Source: Candidatus Aegiribacteria sp. (lineage in GTDB: Bacteria; Fermentibacterota; Fermentibacteria; Fermentibacterales; JCC-6). Taken from it: DNA of 64,000 nt. The notes beneath the pieces were generated by a model. It was not told the DNA's origin. It did no database searches and worked only from the letters and a program-made list of their open reading frames with translations. Shown in pieces: positions 63,690 through 64,000 of the stretch (positions within the stretch are counted from its first letter, which is position 1; every line of letters starts with the position of its first letter). The stretch lies in NCBI GenBank assembly GCA_030613065.1, contig JAUWMQ010000001.1:15648-79647 (forward strand). Reading direction: 5' to 3'. A program made the position numbers and the translations under genes.

Positions 63690-63774
63690 GGAGGGCTAGT
63701 CTAATGGTAAGGCAGCGGATTTGAAATCCGCCGGGTTTAATCCCTTCGGGGTTCGACTCCCCGGTCCTCCGCCA
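63690..63774 (+). tRNA. tRNA-Ser (UGA), type II, CCA encoded
   Basis: GGAGGGCTAGTCTAATGGTAAGGCAGCGGATTTGAAATCCGCCGGGTTTAATCCCTTCGGGGTTCGACTCCCCGGTCCTCCGCCA. Acceptor GGAGGGC/GTCCTCC (one G:U), anticodon stem GCGGA/TCCGC with loop TTTGAAA, a 15-nt variable arm, and T-arm CGGGG-TTCGACT-CCCCG. The D-arm is unusually compact for a Ser tRNA. Confidence 0.85.
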
Positions 63775-63791
63775 GATTCATATCGGCGCAT

Positions 63792-63821
63792 AAAAAAAAG
63801 GAGCCCCTTGCGAGACTCCTT
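63792..63821 (-). terminator. Rho-independent terminator for the minus-strand gene ending at 63843
   Basis: Minus-strand reading: GGAGTC - TCGCAAGG - GGCTCC followed by TTTTTTTT (63799-63792). Confidence 0.7.
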
Positions 63822-63842
63822 CAATTATCATGCAGATACTTT

Positions 63843-64000
63843 CTAGAACATTCCGCCACTTGTAACAACCCAGCTGCCGTTCTCAAGCATGAGTTCGACT
63901 TCATCTTCATCGGTCTCGCCAAATATGGTAATCTCGATGGTTACAACTGCGATATCGCCGTCAATTTCGGTACCATTTATCTCGTACTCGATTGCGGACA
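63843..64000 (-). CDS. Hypothetical protein, C-terminal fragment (5' end outside window)
   Basis: The reverse frame is open from the window edge to TAG (63845-63843). C-terminus is ...IEYEINGTEIDGDIAVVTIEITIFGETDEDEVELMLENGSWVVTSGGMF. It is followed by a canonical terminator. Confidence 0.5.
   Translation of the reverse strand, partial: SAIEYEINGTEIDGDIAVVTIEITIFGETDEDEVELMLENGSWVVTSGGMF

Noticed and set aside
63690-63774. Type II tRNA with a compact D-arm considered as tRNA-Sec
   Set aside because: The anticodon loop is TTTGAAA, so the anticodon is UGA (reads UCA, Ser), not UCA. The acceptor and T stems are 7 and 5 bp, not the 8/5 Sec geometry.

Overview
This 64 kb window is a gene-dense chromosomal segment (about 72 CDS, 4 tRNAs, 1 SRP RNA) from a Gram-negative, probably uncultivated bacterium. 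A subtilisin with a T9SS/FlgD-Ig-like C-terminal sorting domain hints at the FCB superphylum, but the promoters read here look sigma70-like (TTGACx-N17-TAxxxT). I saw no transposase, integrase, phage gene, CRISPR array or rRNA.

Gene layout:
- Minus strand, 1-4570: carD, a kinase-like gene, guaB, a zinc-ribbon gene, ptsN.
- Plus-strand operon, 4656-13385: sensor kinase, queA, RDD protein, tgt, RlmD-like, Wzi-like.
- Minus-strand block of about 45 kb, 13620-58383. It holds the conserved string rplM-rpsI / rpsB-tsf-pyrH-frr-uppS-cdsA-dxr-rseP, then recA-recX, thpR-pncC-pgpA-pgsA, and ffs-dnaX-ybaB-recR. It also holds a split transketolase, pcrA, deoC, maf and dtd.

Most interesting items:
1. A tightly coupled four-gene operon (15989-19552) encoding only membrane proteins that I cannot assign to any family. 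It looks like a duplicated two-gene module.
2. An envelope cluster (25559-31503). It ends in a 1003-aa fusion of an HExxH peptidase, a beta-propeller and an Omp85 barrel, next to LpoB-like, TPR-lipoprotein and zinc-ribbon/FGE-like genes.
3. Several signalling proteins with degenerate catalytic motifs: a membrane pseudokinase, a histidine kinase whose H-box His is Tyr, and a possible pseudo-PP2C.
4. tgt, whose conserved N-terminus is encoded upstream of the first canonical start codon.
5. Two unexplained repeat structures: 4 x 13 bp CTAG-containing tandem repeats at a convergent AT-rich spacer, and a 154-bp nested inverted-repeat element next to tRNA-Ser.

All calls come from reading the sequence and motifs by eye. 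No database search was run.
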